DNA of 63,929 nt, counting the filler, from Octopus bimaculoides (Eukaryota), in the NCBI RefSeq assembly GCF_001194135.2. It is 8 parts of 8 records of this genome, joined end to end, with 100 filler letters (N's around TTAATTAATTAA, not from the genome) between each part and the next. Parts side by side here need not be neighbours in the genome. Positions count along the whole stretch, not along the records: positions 1 to 22,394 come from NC_068988.1; positions 22,495 to 35,929 come from NC_068983.1; 6 more parts are not named here. One strand, 5' to 3'. The notes under the pieces are model-generated. The model was not told the origin of the DNA and did no database searches. It worked only from the letters and a program-made list of their open reading frames with translations. Both the position numbers and the translations under genes were made by a program. Within the stretch, counting starts at the first letter, position 1. Each line of letters begins with the position of its first letter. Below are positions 12,333 through 23,894 of this stretch, one piece after another.

Positions 12333-13223
12333 TTTTCTCAATATTTTAAATTTCCTGTATTGATTGTTCTCAGTTTTTGTAATATAGGGTGTAAAATATC
12401 TTTGCTATACCCCTATACAGATTTATGCTATATAAGGATAAAACATCTCATATATGTCCCCCTAAGCTACTACTCACAGATTTAACATCTAGGCTGGCAA
12501 ACCACACAATGACCCTCTACCACTTGACTGACTAGAAATTGCTGACAAACAACCTTCAAATCATACTCAACTTAAAACATGACACATTGTATAATGGAAT
12601 CCAACGATAGGTGATATGGCCATGAGTGAGATGCTTGATAGTCTGAAAAAAAATTAAAAGACAGTCGATCAGGTCTATAGAATTGGTAATAAATAATTCT
12701 ATAGAACTAATCAATTCTCTTTTATTTTGAGTTAGAGGAATATAATTTAAGTATAGCAATAATGATGTAGCAATATACATTTACGTATTTTTAAATGAAT
12801 GCTCATTATATGTGAAGTAATTGCAATGAAAGTAGTGAAAACAATATTTGATACTAAAAAATGAAATCAGTGTGACCAGTGTTAAATGACTGACACATTA
12901 TTTAGTTAGAAAGATAAAATATTACTCATTAAGACCAGTTTCTACACAGTATAGTGATAATTCTGCACTAGAGAGTCAGTCGTGACTGACACACCAACTT
13001 AAAGTCTTTTATTTCCATATTCTCCTTTTGGAGAATGCGAAATAATTTTTAATGTTTCTCAGGTTCAGATATACCTTATTTTCCAGCATACAAGTCAACA
13101 TAATATGTAGTGTAAACAGGCAGTGTAAACATTCAAACATTATCGCTGTCTTTCAAAATTCTACTGCATTTCATATGGAATTTTTGGTCCTCAAAAGTTG
13201 TCTCAGTGTATAAGTCAACTTAC

Positions 13224-13266
13224 CATTTTTGGTTGTAAATGTGGGCTGAAAATTTTGACTTGTATA
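13224..13266 (-). CDS. Candidate exon C (YTSQNFQPTFTTKN-G)
   Basis: Acceptor catttatttcAG, donor ATG|GTAAGT, 43 nt; phase 0 to 1 fits the neighbouring candidate exons. Confidence 0.4.
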
Positions 13267-13423
13267 CTGAAATAAATGGTATTCTGAATTTATCTCCTAA
13301 CACTGATCAATTTGACTCAATTGTTTGAATGTCAACAGTAATATACTAAGGTATAGTTATATCACAATGAGGGTGCACCTTAGTAAGGTCAAGTGATAGA
13401 CTGCAAGAAAGATGATTGAAAAC

Positions 13424-13512
13424 CTGAAGTTGGCTGAAGATATAGGGAGGAGGAGGAGGAGGAGTTATTGATTTTGTTTGATTGATAGTACTGGAATCAA
13501 TGATGTCTTTCT
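13424..13512 (-). CDS. Candidate exon B (EKDIIDSSTINQTKSITPPPPPPYIFSQLQ); alternative donor at 13379
   Basis: Acceptor tctttataattcAG; only the phase-1 frame is open; both donors (GTTTTC, GTGCAC) are weak. Confidence 0.28.
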
Positions 13513-13964
13513 CTGAATTATAAAGAATCATTGTAAGGATGCTATTTGTTCACACTATTTCTTGTAGTATAAAACAGAGGAGAAATAAATCTTCTCCTGG
13601 ATAGGATATTAAACATTCTCACATGTAACTTTATCGATAGGGGATATTGAACCCAGCACTGCTCAATAATGAGTTATCCATCACATAAGAGCACCACTCT
13701 CAGTAACATCCTGTTTTATCAATTGCACCTAGCTTTGACAGATCCTCTAAGTAAATGCTTGATCTGCCAGAAATAGCAACTAAGTTTCTCTCAGATAAAA
13801 TTCTACCTCACCTGATATACCAGAACTATCATCAAAGGGAAGTGCACATTAGATAAAATAGTCCTAGATATCACTAAATATATAAGGTGGGCTGGTTGGA
13901 ACAAGTTTGATCATAGGTTAACTCAATCAGAGTTGACCAGGCGCTAAACCAACAAGTACAAGCA

Positions 13965-14023
<59 letters not shown>

Positions 14024-14085
14024 CTATTCAGAGATAGCTGAACTTATTGACAGAGAATTCAGTGATAGTATGGTAATCATAGTAC

Positions 14086-14143
14086 CTTGGTCATGGATAA
14101 CATATTGTTCCTGTTGTGTGAATTGAACCATAGACTCACACAT
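14086..14143 (-). CDS. Candidate first coding exon A (MCESMVQFTQQEQYVIHDQ)
   Basis: ATG preceded by in-frame TGA; donor AAG|GTACTA, phase 1, compatible with exon B. Confidence 0.22.
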
Positions 14144-14741
14144 TCATGCTCAAACAGCAGAATTAACTTGCTTTTAACAATAACACAGAAATGTAAGTGT
14201 TATATGAAGATGAAATTAATTAATCTTGTAAATCTGTTGATTAGATTTTTTAATTATGTGTACAATTTTTAAAAACATTCTCCATTGTGTAAGAAATTAT
14301 TTAGATTTAATAAAACATTCTTTTGGCAGAGAAATCAGCAGATATAAGAAATAAAACAATAAAAAATAAATGTAAAACCTGAAAAGAAAAAAAGATAAAA
14401 TGAATATTTAAATAAAAATATAAATCAATGGTAAAACTGAAAGCAAACAATTTTACAAAAAAACTATCAAGCATCTCAGAGGGTTTCATCTGGATGTTAG
14501 CTAAACATCAATGGACACGCAACATCATATCACCACAAGCATTTGGATTAGTAGCAGTAGTGGTAGTAGCAACAGTAGCAGTAGTAATAAAGCTGACATC
14601 ATGATCAGCAACCACGACACCGACTATCAGAACCACCAAGTCCCAATATAGAAATAGACAGGACTTAGCAAATTGGTTTGTTATCTTAAAGACAACAATA
14701 AAGATTTTAATTTAGATTGATTCATCCTGTCCATCTCTTTC

Positions 14742-15300
14742 CCCTATGACAAGGGCAAAGGATTCTGTAACATTTGCAATTCTGAACTCTTCCATATTCT
14801 CTTCTCTAAGAATCACATTGTTAACACGCTTATAGAGCGATCTTACAAATGTAAGCATTGGCAGAAACACACCTTTAGCTCATATAGGTGATTTATACCA
14901 GTCTGTATAGTTTGAACACTTAGTTCACCTTGCACTCTACTTCAATAGAGAAATCCACTTTCAAGCCTTTGGACATTTTTCCAACCAACATACCCCTCTA
15001 AATTTCTTCTTTATTTGTTCTCTACTTATTATTTCTTTACCCCTTCTCTTCCTATGGTCTAACTTTGATGTCAGATCTACTAACGGTTTTTTAAAAAAAT
15101 ACTTAATAGCGTTCTGTTTATCATTTATGCAGTCATCAAAATTGTTATTAATTCTTGTTGTTGAGATTGGTTCTCTTTCTTTCCTGATGAGGGGATTACA
15201 TTATTTTACATCGTTTATTCCTTTAGAATAAAACCAATGTGGTCTTCGAAACATATGTTGAAAGTAAAAGAATTTGAATAACATCTGAGTTTAACTCCAA
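14742..15300 (+). mobile_element. Penelope-like element 3' fragment (GIY-YIG C-terminus plus pLTR)
   Basis: PYDKGKGFCNICNSELFHILFSKNHIVNTLIERSYKCKHWQKH resembles the C..C..E...LN.R.E...KCRH tail of Penelope-type endonucleases; it is followed by a hammerhead motif. Confidence 0.65.
15179..15264 (+). ncRNA. Type I hammerhead ribozyme, apparently complete
   Basis: Stem I CTTTC/GAAAG; CTGATGA (15184-90); 12-bp stem II GGGGATTACATT/AATGTGGTCTTC; GAAA; palindromic stem III ACATATGT; predicted GUU cleavage after 15259. Confidence 0.75.
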
Positions 15301-16343
15301 TNNNNNNNNNNNNNNNNNNNNNNNNNNNNNNNNNNNNNNNNNNNNNNNNNNNNNNNNNNNNNNNNNNNNNNNNNNNNNNNNNNNNNNNNNNNNNNNNNNN
15401 NNNNNNNNNNNNNNNNNNNNNNNNNNNNNNNNNNNNNNNNNNNNNNNNNNNNNNNNNNNNNNNNNNNNNNNNNNNNNNNNNNNNNNNNNNNNNNNNNNNN
15501 NNNNNNNNNNNNNNNNNNNNNNNNNNNNNNNNNNNNNNNNNNNNNNNNNNNNNNNNNNNNNNNNNNNNNNNNNNNNNNNNNNNNNNNNNNNNNNNNNNNN
15601 NNNNNNNNNNNNNNNNNNNNNNNNNNNNNNNNNNNNNNNNNNNNNNNNNNNNNNNNNNNNNNNNNNNNNNNNNNNNNNNNNNNNNNNNNNNNTATATAAT
15701 AAACTAACTGGAGTTCATCTATATTTACTGAAGTTAGCCAGCATTGTGAACCAGTAAAAATGAATACGGTACCTGCTAGGATTGTATATCCCTATTAACC
15801 AATTTTGGAAATTTACCTACAATTTATTGGAAAGATCCAAGGGAATAATTACTAGGTAATTAAATGTTGCTTAAGTGTCCTAGGAAACAATGGTCACACT
15901 TGTGTAGAATTTGATTCCAGGGAGAAGCGAGACGTATTTAGGAGAAAATAGGAAAAATTTAAAATGGAGACAAACATTCAAGATGTTATTAAATCATTTA
16001 TATCTTCATATCATCGACATATGTTTCACTGGACACATTCAAAATACATCCGACAGGATGAATAATGATCAGCAATGCATCAATCTTATCAGGGAAGATA
16101 TAAACAACAGTTCTCATCAAATAGACATTTCAACTTCTACTTCGTTTTCTTTCTCTTAACAGTTACAACAGAGAAGGCTCATTATGTCTTTTTCTCTAAA
16201 CTAGAATGTATAATTTTTACGTTCATATTTGGATTTTTGTATTTCAATTTTTCTGTTTTTTACTCATTCTCGAAGTTGATGGACATATAGCGGTACGTAA
16301 AACCAAATCAGAAAATCTCTAGTAAGACTTTTTTTTATTGATA

Positions 16344-16383
16344 TACCTGAAGAGACCCAGAACGGGTCGAAACATGTGACGTA
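16344..16383 (+). ncRNA. Degenerate type I hammerhead motif in a pLTR-like segment
   Basis: CTGAAGA-GACCC-agaac-GGGTC-GAAACATGT, then GAC GTA; it fits a hammerhead if a 2-nt insertion (GA) is assumed; AATAAA follows. Confidence 0.55.
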
Positions 16384-16728
16384 CTTAATAAAATATTTTA
16401 CTCATTCTATCTATTTTATTAATACTATGTGTGTGTGTGTCTGTGTTTCCCCCACCACACACACACACACACACACCGCCACTACCATCTCTTGACAACG
16501 GATATTTGTGTATTATATGTCTGTAACTTATCGGTTCGGCAAACGAGACCGATAGAATAAGTACTAGGCTTACAAAGAATAAGTTCTATGGTTGATTTGT
16601 TCGACGAAAGGTGGTGCTCCAGCATGACCACAGTCAAATGATTGAAGCAAGTAAAAGCATAATAGAATAAAAAAGAATATGTGAGGAATACTCTGCCAGG
16701 TGCGTATATATACCTGTAGGTGTGAAAG

Positions 16729-16779
<51 letters not shown>

Positions 16780-16789
16780 CAGCTGGTAA

Positions 16790-17422
16790 AATGTAATGTT
16801 GAAGTCACTCTCAACCTCTTCCTTGGAAAAGTTAGTAAATATGTATTCTCTAAAAAGTATTGATTTTTTTTATAACTTGGCGCCTTCAAAATGAACAGCA
16901 AAAGACTTTGGCTGAGGAAATGTCTTCTGAGGAGGAGGAAGGAAAGGAGGATGTTCCAAGTTCTTTAATCAAAGAAATTTGTGCTAAATGGGGTAAAATA
17001 TCACTCTGATACAGTGGTAGCAAATAGAACAGTAAACCTTTTCAATGACAATGTCATGTCTCATTTTAGAAAAATTTTACAACGCAGGCAAAAACAACTA
17101 ACATTGGACAGGATTTTACTGAAAGAAAAAAAGAAAGTAAACTCCAGAGAAAGATTTACCCGAGCCAAAGACTCAGAGAAGGGAAGAAACTCCCGAAAGA
17201 CAATTGCCGGAAGTTTTTTGTGTGTTATTTATAGTTTGAATAAACGTTTTTATACTAAAATATATAGTATAAGCATGTAATAAACATTCTTCTGGTGCTT
17301 GGAAACGAATTAATCTCTTTTACATTAATTGTAATGGGAACAAATTATTCGGTTCTCGAACAATTCAGTTTTAGAACAAGCTTTCAGAACAAATTATGGT
17401 CGAGAACCGAGGTTGCTCTGTA
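16790..17422 (+). mobile_element. Tigger/pogo transposon 3' portion
   Basis: EQQKTLAEEMSSEEEE..IKEICAKWG..NLFNDNVMSHFRKILQRRQKQLTLDR is a typical Tigger C-terminus; ends TCGAGAACCGAGGTTGCTCTG-TA (Tigger-like TIR). Confidence 0.75.
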
Positions 17423-18323
17423 TATGATTGAAGGATTAAGAAATTCACTTTATTATCAAGTGACACTCGGCTCATAGGCAAAAGTCATTTTCTACAGATT
17501 TTGATCAATAATTGGGTAGATGGAAACTGTACAGAAGCCCACCAGAAGGATTGTACTGATATTTCAGTGCTGATTCAACCAGACAACTATGGTAAGGGTA
17601 CGCTGTAGGAATACTCTGCCAGGTGCGTACTAAATGAGTCAGTAATTCACTTGATTGAACAACTGAATCCTCATCATTAAAATGGGATGAAAAATGTTGT
17701 TAAAATCGTTTTTTAAAGCATCAACAAACATTATGGCATTTACATTTAAAGCTAATAAGTGAATGGTTATCAACATTTGACAGGTTATTCATTTTGATGC
17801 ATGTAGCCAAAAACAAACAGAAAATAAACCAACACAAACCTACCACAGCTCAAAATATATTTCAAATTTATCAATGAAACCCTACAGAAATGGATATCAT
17901 TTGGAGAGCTACAGATAGCCTGTGTACAGATTTCAAGACAGTTCTTTAATAATTAGTAAAATTAGTGAATCCCTTTTAGATGTTCGTTTATTTTTTTATG
18001 TCTTGGGGTGTATCAACATATCTAACAGCTAGGATCACCCCATGTTTGCTGAATTTATTATTTGCATTGGAAATGGGGCTGAATATCAGTTCCCGAGGAC
18101 ACCCATGTAAAACTCTGAGTCCACACTCACCATCCACCTTTCATTTTACATGAAAGTGCAGATAGGCTGTCAGACATGTCCATAGACAGCACTACAGTTT
18201 TGAGGCTTATAAACATTTGTATGAGTTCCAATGTGTTCTAAGGCTATGTATTTACAAACAAATACTCATATTATTCAATGTGTGAAGGGGAATACATGTT
18301 TATTTTCATTTCATTTTGTACAG

Positions 18324-19626
18324 GGCACCAGTCTTCTCAGATGATGAGGATGATGATGATGATGATTCTGAGTATCAAAGACGGACGCTTCAAAAGCCAC
18401 CTCCTGTCATTCAGTTTCCAAAAGAGAGAGCATCTCAACCCCACTTGTCTTCTCCAGAGCCAAGTAGACATCCACAGCTAACTGACATTCACAATACGTC
18501 AAAAGAAAGAAGTACAAATGCAGCTCCTCCCAACTTGTCAGGAAAATCTGAACAGTTGTTGCATGGTAAGTCAATATTATATCGTTGGTATACTTTAGGG
18601 TATGTGGAAAGTGGTTTCAAATTTATTTATAAACAGAAAAATAAAACATTCTGTGTTTGAAAGCAGCTCTTGGGATCATTCCTCGGAGAGCCATGCTTGA
18701 AATGTATGCTTTCACCCTGATACATATTTACAATGCTTAAGAAATAACTGACAGGTAAATTAGGGTAGAGTCAAAAGAAAAAACACATTTTCAAGAATTT
18801 TATCAATTTAACCTATCTTATTTTAAAAGGATTACTTAAAAACAATAAATTGTATAACTCATCCTAACTGGTCTGTTGATATTTGTGTGATGATATCTTA
18901 AGTTTTAGCTTCAGATAGCCACAGTATCTCCATGTCAGACGTTTTCTCTTTTGGGTGAAGAGGTACAAAAACTTTGCTTGTATTTGTGTGAGGAATATGA
19001 TACTGTAAAATTAACTTTGGTGTCTTTTACTATTCTAGAGGCCCTATTCTTTTACTATTCTAGAGATCTTTTACTATTCTAGGGGCACTGAAACAAGGTG
19101 CCACTTCCCTGTTAAATCGGTATCATAATTCCCATTTCTGGAATATGAAACCCCTACCCCTAATCACAGCGAACTAGAAAAGGCAAATAAATATTAGTGT
19201 TATACTAGACCTTATATAAGGTCACAGATAGTTGATTTTTGGTTTAGTGATCTCTCCGATTCCAGAAAGCAAATGTGAAATGGGATTATTATTGATTGTG
19301 TATTATTTTCAGTATATCTGTAAACTACTAATGTCATGAGGTATACTCAGCAAGTATTTTGTAACACTACTCTACCTTTTTTTCTTATTTTCTATTTCAG
19401 TCCAGGATCAGCAGCTCTTCACCACAATTGAAAAAATTTGAGAGGAACATTCCCAGCAGAGTGAAATGCTGCAGTGTATACTGCAGCTAATTCAAAATAT
19501 TCCACCCTCATGCACCATTTTGGAGATAAGAAATCTCCCTGACACAAATATTTCTCTTGTGAGAGTCAAGAGGATATTGAGGCTTTGGGAGCTGAGTTAA
19601 GTGATGGTGCAGTTCACAATAACATG
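18324..19626 (+). pseudogene. Two spliced exons (18324-18565, 19401-19626) of a decayed gene resembling DUF4806/BEN-like accessory ORFs of CMC/EnSpm transposons
   Basis: Both exons have strong polypyrimidine acceptors and GTAAGT donors in compatible phase. Exon 2 has an in-frame TGA and a frameshift and ends ...SQEDIEALGAELSDGAVHNNM|, a DUF4806-like pattern. Confidence 0.55.
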
Positions 19627-20364
19627 GTAAGTTGTACATTTTACATTTTCATGATTTTACCTGCTGGTTCATTAATAACCTCTCTGCCCTTCTCTAACTG
19701 ATCTGTCTACTTACATGTGATTATTGCTTCCTTCATTCTTCACATGTGTGTGTTTCCATATCCCACACACACCAAAGAGACTCACGTTCATCATTGTGTG
19801 CTCATCTCGGTACTCATAAACTCAGATTCGGTTTGTTTTGAATAAATAATAATTACAAATATTTAAGCGCATCAACCTGATAGTCAGTTGAAAAGATTAT
19901 TTGATTAAGGTCCCAGCAGGAACCTCAGAAAGTAATATGGTGCTTGTATACTGTGGTTTACTAGTTCTGTTTTACTGGTAAAATAAAGTAAGTCAACCAA
20001 TGGCAGTTGGACATCATATGCATAAACAATTTGGCAAGTGAACATCATATGCATAAACAATTTGCAAAACTTGATCCTATTTGTATGTTGCCACTGTTTG
20101 TCATGAAATAACGTAGATGTTGAAATTGATGTGCACCATATGTAATTTAATGATGGGATATCTTACTTGGCTCTTATATTTGTCAACCCAAATTTATCGC
20201 TGTCATTAAAACAAAAGAAAAATGTTCTACTTAAACCAGTAACCTGAATTCATATTTGCAATGTTTACATATTAGTCAACAACTTGAAGAAATAGATTGG
20301 GTAATATTTAAACAATATGATTTGAGAACCTAAGTAGTGCAAATAGTTTTGTTTTATCGGAAGG

Positions 20365-20487
20365 ATATCCTTGGAAACCCTTGAATTTGTGGAGTGGTCA
20401 TGATGGTCCTTGAATCTAGCTTGAAAATACCCTTGAAAAACCTTGAAAACCCTTGAATTTTCTCTTTAAAAGCCTGCAGGAACCCTG
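20365..20487. mobile_element. End of a non-autonomous DNA transposon with CCTTGAA subterminal repeats
   Basis: About 6 copies of CCTTGAA ending CCTGCAGGAACCCTG (reverse complement CAGGGTTCCTGCAGG); superfamily not resolved. Confidence 0.5.
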
Positions 20488-21439
20488 TTAATTGTTTTTG
20501 TTATTTGACAAAAAGGCTATAATTCTACGTTTTACTTTATATTTGAGCATCTGTTTTATTGAAAATTACTGCATTTTTTAAATTTTGATTTGCAGTCATT
20601 GGACTGAAAATGGCCCTGGACTGGGCATATGATGATATTAATATTCACTTTGAGTACTGTTTTAGTCAGACTGTGGGGGTGGGGGTGTTGTACTAGCTTT
20701 GGTAAGTTCTGACATAATACAGTAGTGGACATTTATGAATGTGAAGCTTTCAGTTTGTATCTATTTTCAACTGTAGAGTTAGTCAAATCCATGTAATTTA
20801 TGCTAGTAGATTTTTGCCTTTGTAGTACATGTGTATTATAGCACATGAGTAAATGGATGTGGGTGCATTTGTTATTCTAAAATGAATACCGTTGCTCTTT
20901 ATTTACTGGTCTTTATGTGCAGATATCAATGATTGTTGAACTTTGTCACAAATAGCCACAGCTGTATAAGTGACCTTAACACCAATTAAATAAATATCTT
21001 AGTTTTACAGTGTATATTGTCCAGTATATTTTGTCATAAATTTTATTAACTTTTAAATGTTGCGATTTACTTTTGTTGTGTTGTAAATTTTTCTAAGTTA
21101 TAGTTTATAAAATAAATGATGTTTGCAAAGAAAAATGAGTTGTTCATCTTTTAATTTGTTTCTGGCAGTTTCTACATGATTTTTCAGATATTCCCATACA
21201 CATGCCATGTAAACTGATGCTTATACACTTACATCTTCAAAATAAATTTAATATTGTTTCTCTTTAGCAGTGGGTGGTCCTCATTGGCTGTAAATTGAAA
21301 CAAGATTACATTTTAATTTTCAAAGCTGGGTGGGTGAGGCTGAAATCAGAGCAATTCCTGCCAGGGATCTGGTGTAATGCTATGGAGAACATAAAATGTG
21401 GCTGATGTTGAACCTGTATAAATATTTTATCATATATTA

Positions 21440-21808
21440 ATTAGCCCATCCTTGAATGTATTTCGGAGCCAGATCAGGCATTTGGCAAAATCGGCTCAGG
21501 CCGATATTGAGGCTTCTCAAGTTGAACAACCATATATCAGCCCAACCTCGTTTTCATATTGGAGTGATGTCACCTTCATGTGAATACGACATTGGGCCGA
21601 TGTCACCCTGATGTAAGAGACCAAAATCTCACATCGGCCCAACCTCAAATTCATATGGGCCCGACATCGGGGAATATGTCGGACTGATGTTGCACTGTGT
21701 TGCAAAATGAGATTAGGCTGAAATCAATCCAACAAACTTTCTGATGTAGGGCCGATATAGGTAACAACATTGGTTTGATATAGGCCCAATATGGTTTTCC
21801 TGGCTGGG
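21440..21808 (+). mobile_element. Right terminus of a CMC/EnSpm-like DNA transposon
   Basis: Terminus GGTTTTCCTGGCTGGG|TA (5'-CCCAGC on the other strand) with many GGGCCGAT/ATCGGCCC subterminal motifs in both orientations. Confidence 0.6.
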
Positions 21809-22363
21809 TAGTTCTTTTTCAAATTTTCATTTCAAACCATATTCGGTGTATATATATTCGGTGTATGTTATTTCCCAAATAAGATAAAAGGAAGTCCTTT
21901 TGCTGTTGTTAAGTAGATAAAATACAAAATGTAATTATCCTTGCCATTGCTACTAGCATTGTATAAAGTACATACTCACTAATGTAATGGTTGATGCCAT
22001 CCATAAACAGTACAGTTGTTGTCAGAGGGAAATATTGAGGCTAATTATCCACATATTATACTGTAAAAAATCATTAGTAAAAGAAATGTCTCTTAATTGA
22101 CAACAATATATCTTGCTAAGAAAGAGAGAAGTTATCCACATTTAAAGATAAGCAGAAACTGAGGTTTGGAAACATAAATGGTCTGGAATGCAAACCCTAG
22201 GACTATGCACACAACATAGACAAATTAGCTTTGCTTAACACACACACATGCACACACATGTGCATGCATACACACACATGTGCATGCATACACACACATG
22301 TGCATACATATGCATAGGCATGCACATATCTATCTGTCTATCTGTTTAACTAAATATATATAA

Positions 22364-22394
<31 letters not shown>

Positions 22395-22665
22395 NNNNNN
22401 NNNNNNNNNNNNNNNNNNNNNNNNNNNNNNNNNNNNNNTTAATTAATTAANNNNNNNNNNNNNNNNNNNNNNNNNNNNNNNNNNNNNNNNNNNNCACAAA
22501 CACATCTTTTATTTTTTATTTGGTTCAGATCGAGAATTATAGCACCCAGGGGCATCGTTGATAGTTTTGATTCACTCTCAGTACTTATAACCTCCTGATA
22601 TGTGGCTTTGGTGAATGTGGAACTTTGATGTAGCTTCCCCATTTGCGTTTCCTGCCATGACCTAG

Positions 22666-23243
22666 GTGTTTGTACTGGTTTTAGCTTTAGGGTTTTAGGA
22701 TTAGGGTTAGGGTTAGGGTTAGGGTCAGGGTTATGAGTATTTTTGCCAAATTTGGTGAAAAATTTGTGGTGGTGTATTGAACAGATTTTCACCAAATTTG
22801 GCAAAAATACTCATAACCCTAACTCTAAAACCCGAACCTTAACCCTAAAACCCTAACCCTGACCCTAACTCTAAAACCCGAACCTTAACCCTAAAACCCT
22901 AAAGCTAAGACCAGTACAAACACACGAACGATGTCATAAATAACAGTACCACCAATAGCTTTTGTTGACAAACAACGGCATTAATTTTATTCAAGGGAAA
23001 AGATCCCATTACACCGCCACAACGTGTTGTTGACAAACCACAGCAGTAATTGTTTTCAACTCAATAAACGTCAGTGATTGGTTGAAATTACCGAAATACG
23101 ACAACTTTTAACATGAAATAACTTCGAATATAAACATTTTTCTCTGTTCTATAAGACAAAATATACAAGTATACGAAGTTTTAAAGTGTTTCGGTAGAAA
23201 ACACACTAAATAAAAAACGGTGTCCGCCAAATCAGAAGGATCC
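22666..23243. mobile_element. Fold-back element with inverted telomere-like arrays (copy 1); palindrome 22666-22923, family-specific tail ending GGATCC
   Basis: (TTAGGG)n-like array, perfect 34-bp stem (22728-22761 / 22786-22819), (CCCTAA)n-like array; the 200-bp tail is shared with the copy at 58.7-59.2 kb. Confidence 0.8.
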
Positions 23244-23829
23244 TATTATTCATAAGAAATAATGATAAGAGAATAAATGATTCCATTTCTGTGAAGACCT
23301 CAGGGTAAATAACTTTACGACGACTATTGCTGCGGCTTGTTTGACTGCTCCGTTCACACATTTTGAAAGTAATTTTGACAACACTACTTAATTTACCATC
23401 ATAGACAATAGCTGAAATTACTACTTGCACTGCCACGAAAATTAATGGAAATTACCACTGCTCTTACAGAAATAGAAAAGTACACTATGAACATTTATTC
23501 TATTAATATTTTTTTTTCTCTACATATTTCATTTAAGTACATATTTTTGATAAGGTTTATAAACAACCGAAACATGTAAAACAAAAACATTTTTCTAATG
23601 TATTTATATAAAGAAATTTAAATGTACCTAATTTTTTAAAAAGTAGTATTTTTGTTCTTCTTTTTCATAAATATCTACTTACACGTGCGTTACCTCTACT
23701 TTTTAAATATATATGTATAAGTAATTAAAGAAGGAAAATGCACACACTTTACTTAGTTTTATATACATACATATATACATACATACATACATACATACAT
23801 ACACACACAAACACACACANNNNNNNNNN

Positions 23830-23894
<65 letters not shown>

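Noticed and set aside
12569-12642. Strong minus-strand acceptor with open frame TIKHLTHGHITYRWIPLYNVSCFKL
   Set aside because: The sequence appears to lie within a decayed SINE-like repeat (similar to 13760-13950) and the donor is weak.
19912-19925. CCCAGCAGGAACC as the left TIR of the CMC-like element
   Set aside because: The match is only partial, there are no subterminal repeats, the flanks do not form a TSD, and it would exclude the accessory-gene exons.
22439-22450. TTAATTAATTAA islands inside N runs (also about 35974, 39857, 48398, 52518, 58649, 62522)
   Set aside because: An identical 12-mer with stops in all six frames, always centred between N blocks, is an assembly gap filler and not biology.
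22666-22923. Ancient telomere-telomere chromosome fusion site
   Set aside because: The arrays are short, separated by a structured hairpin, and a related copy with a shared non-telomeric tail lies 36 kb away; a dispersed element explains this better.
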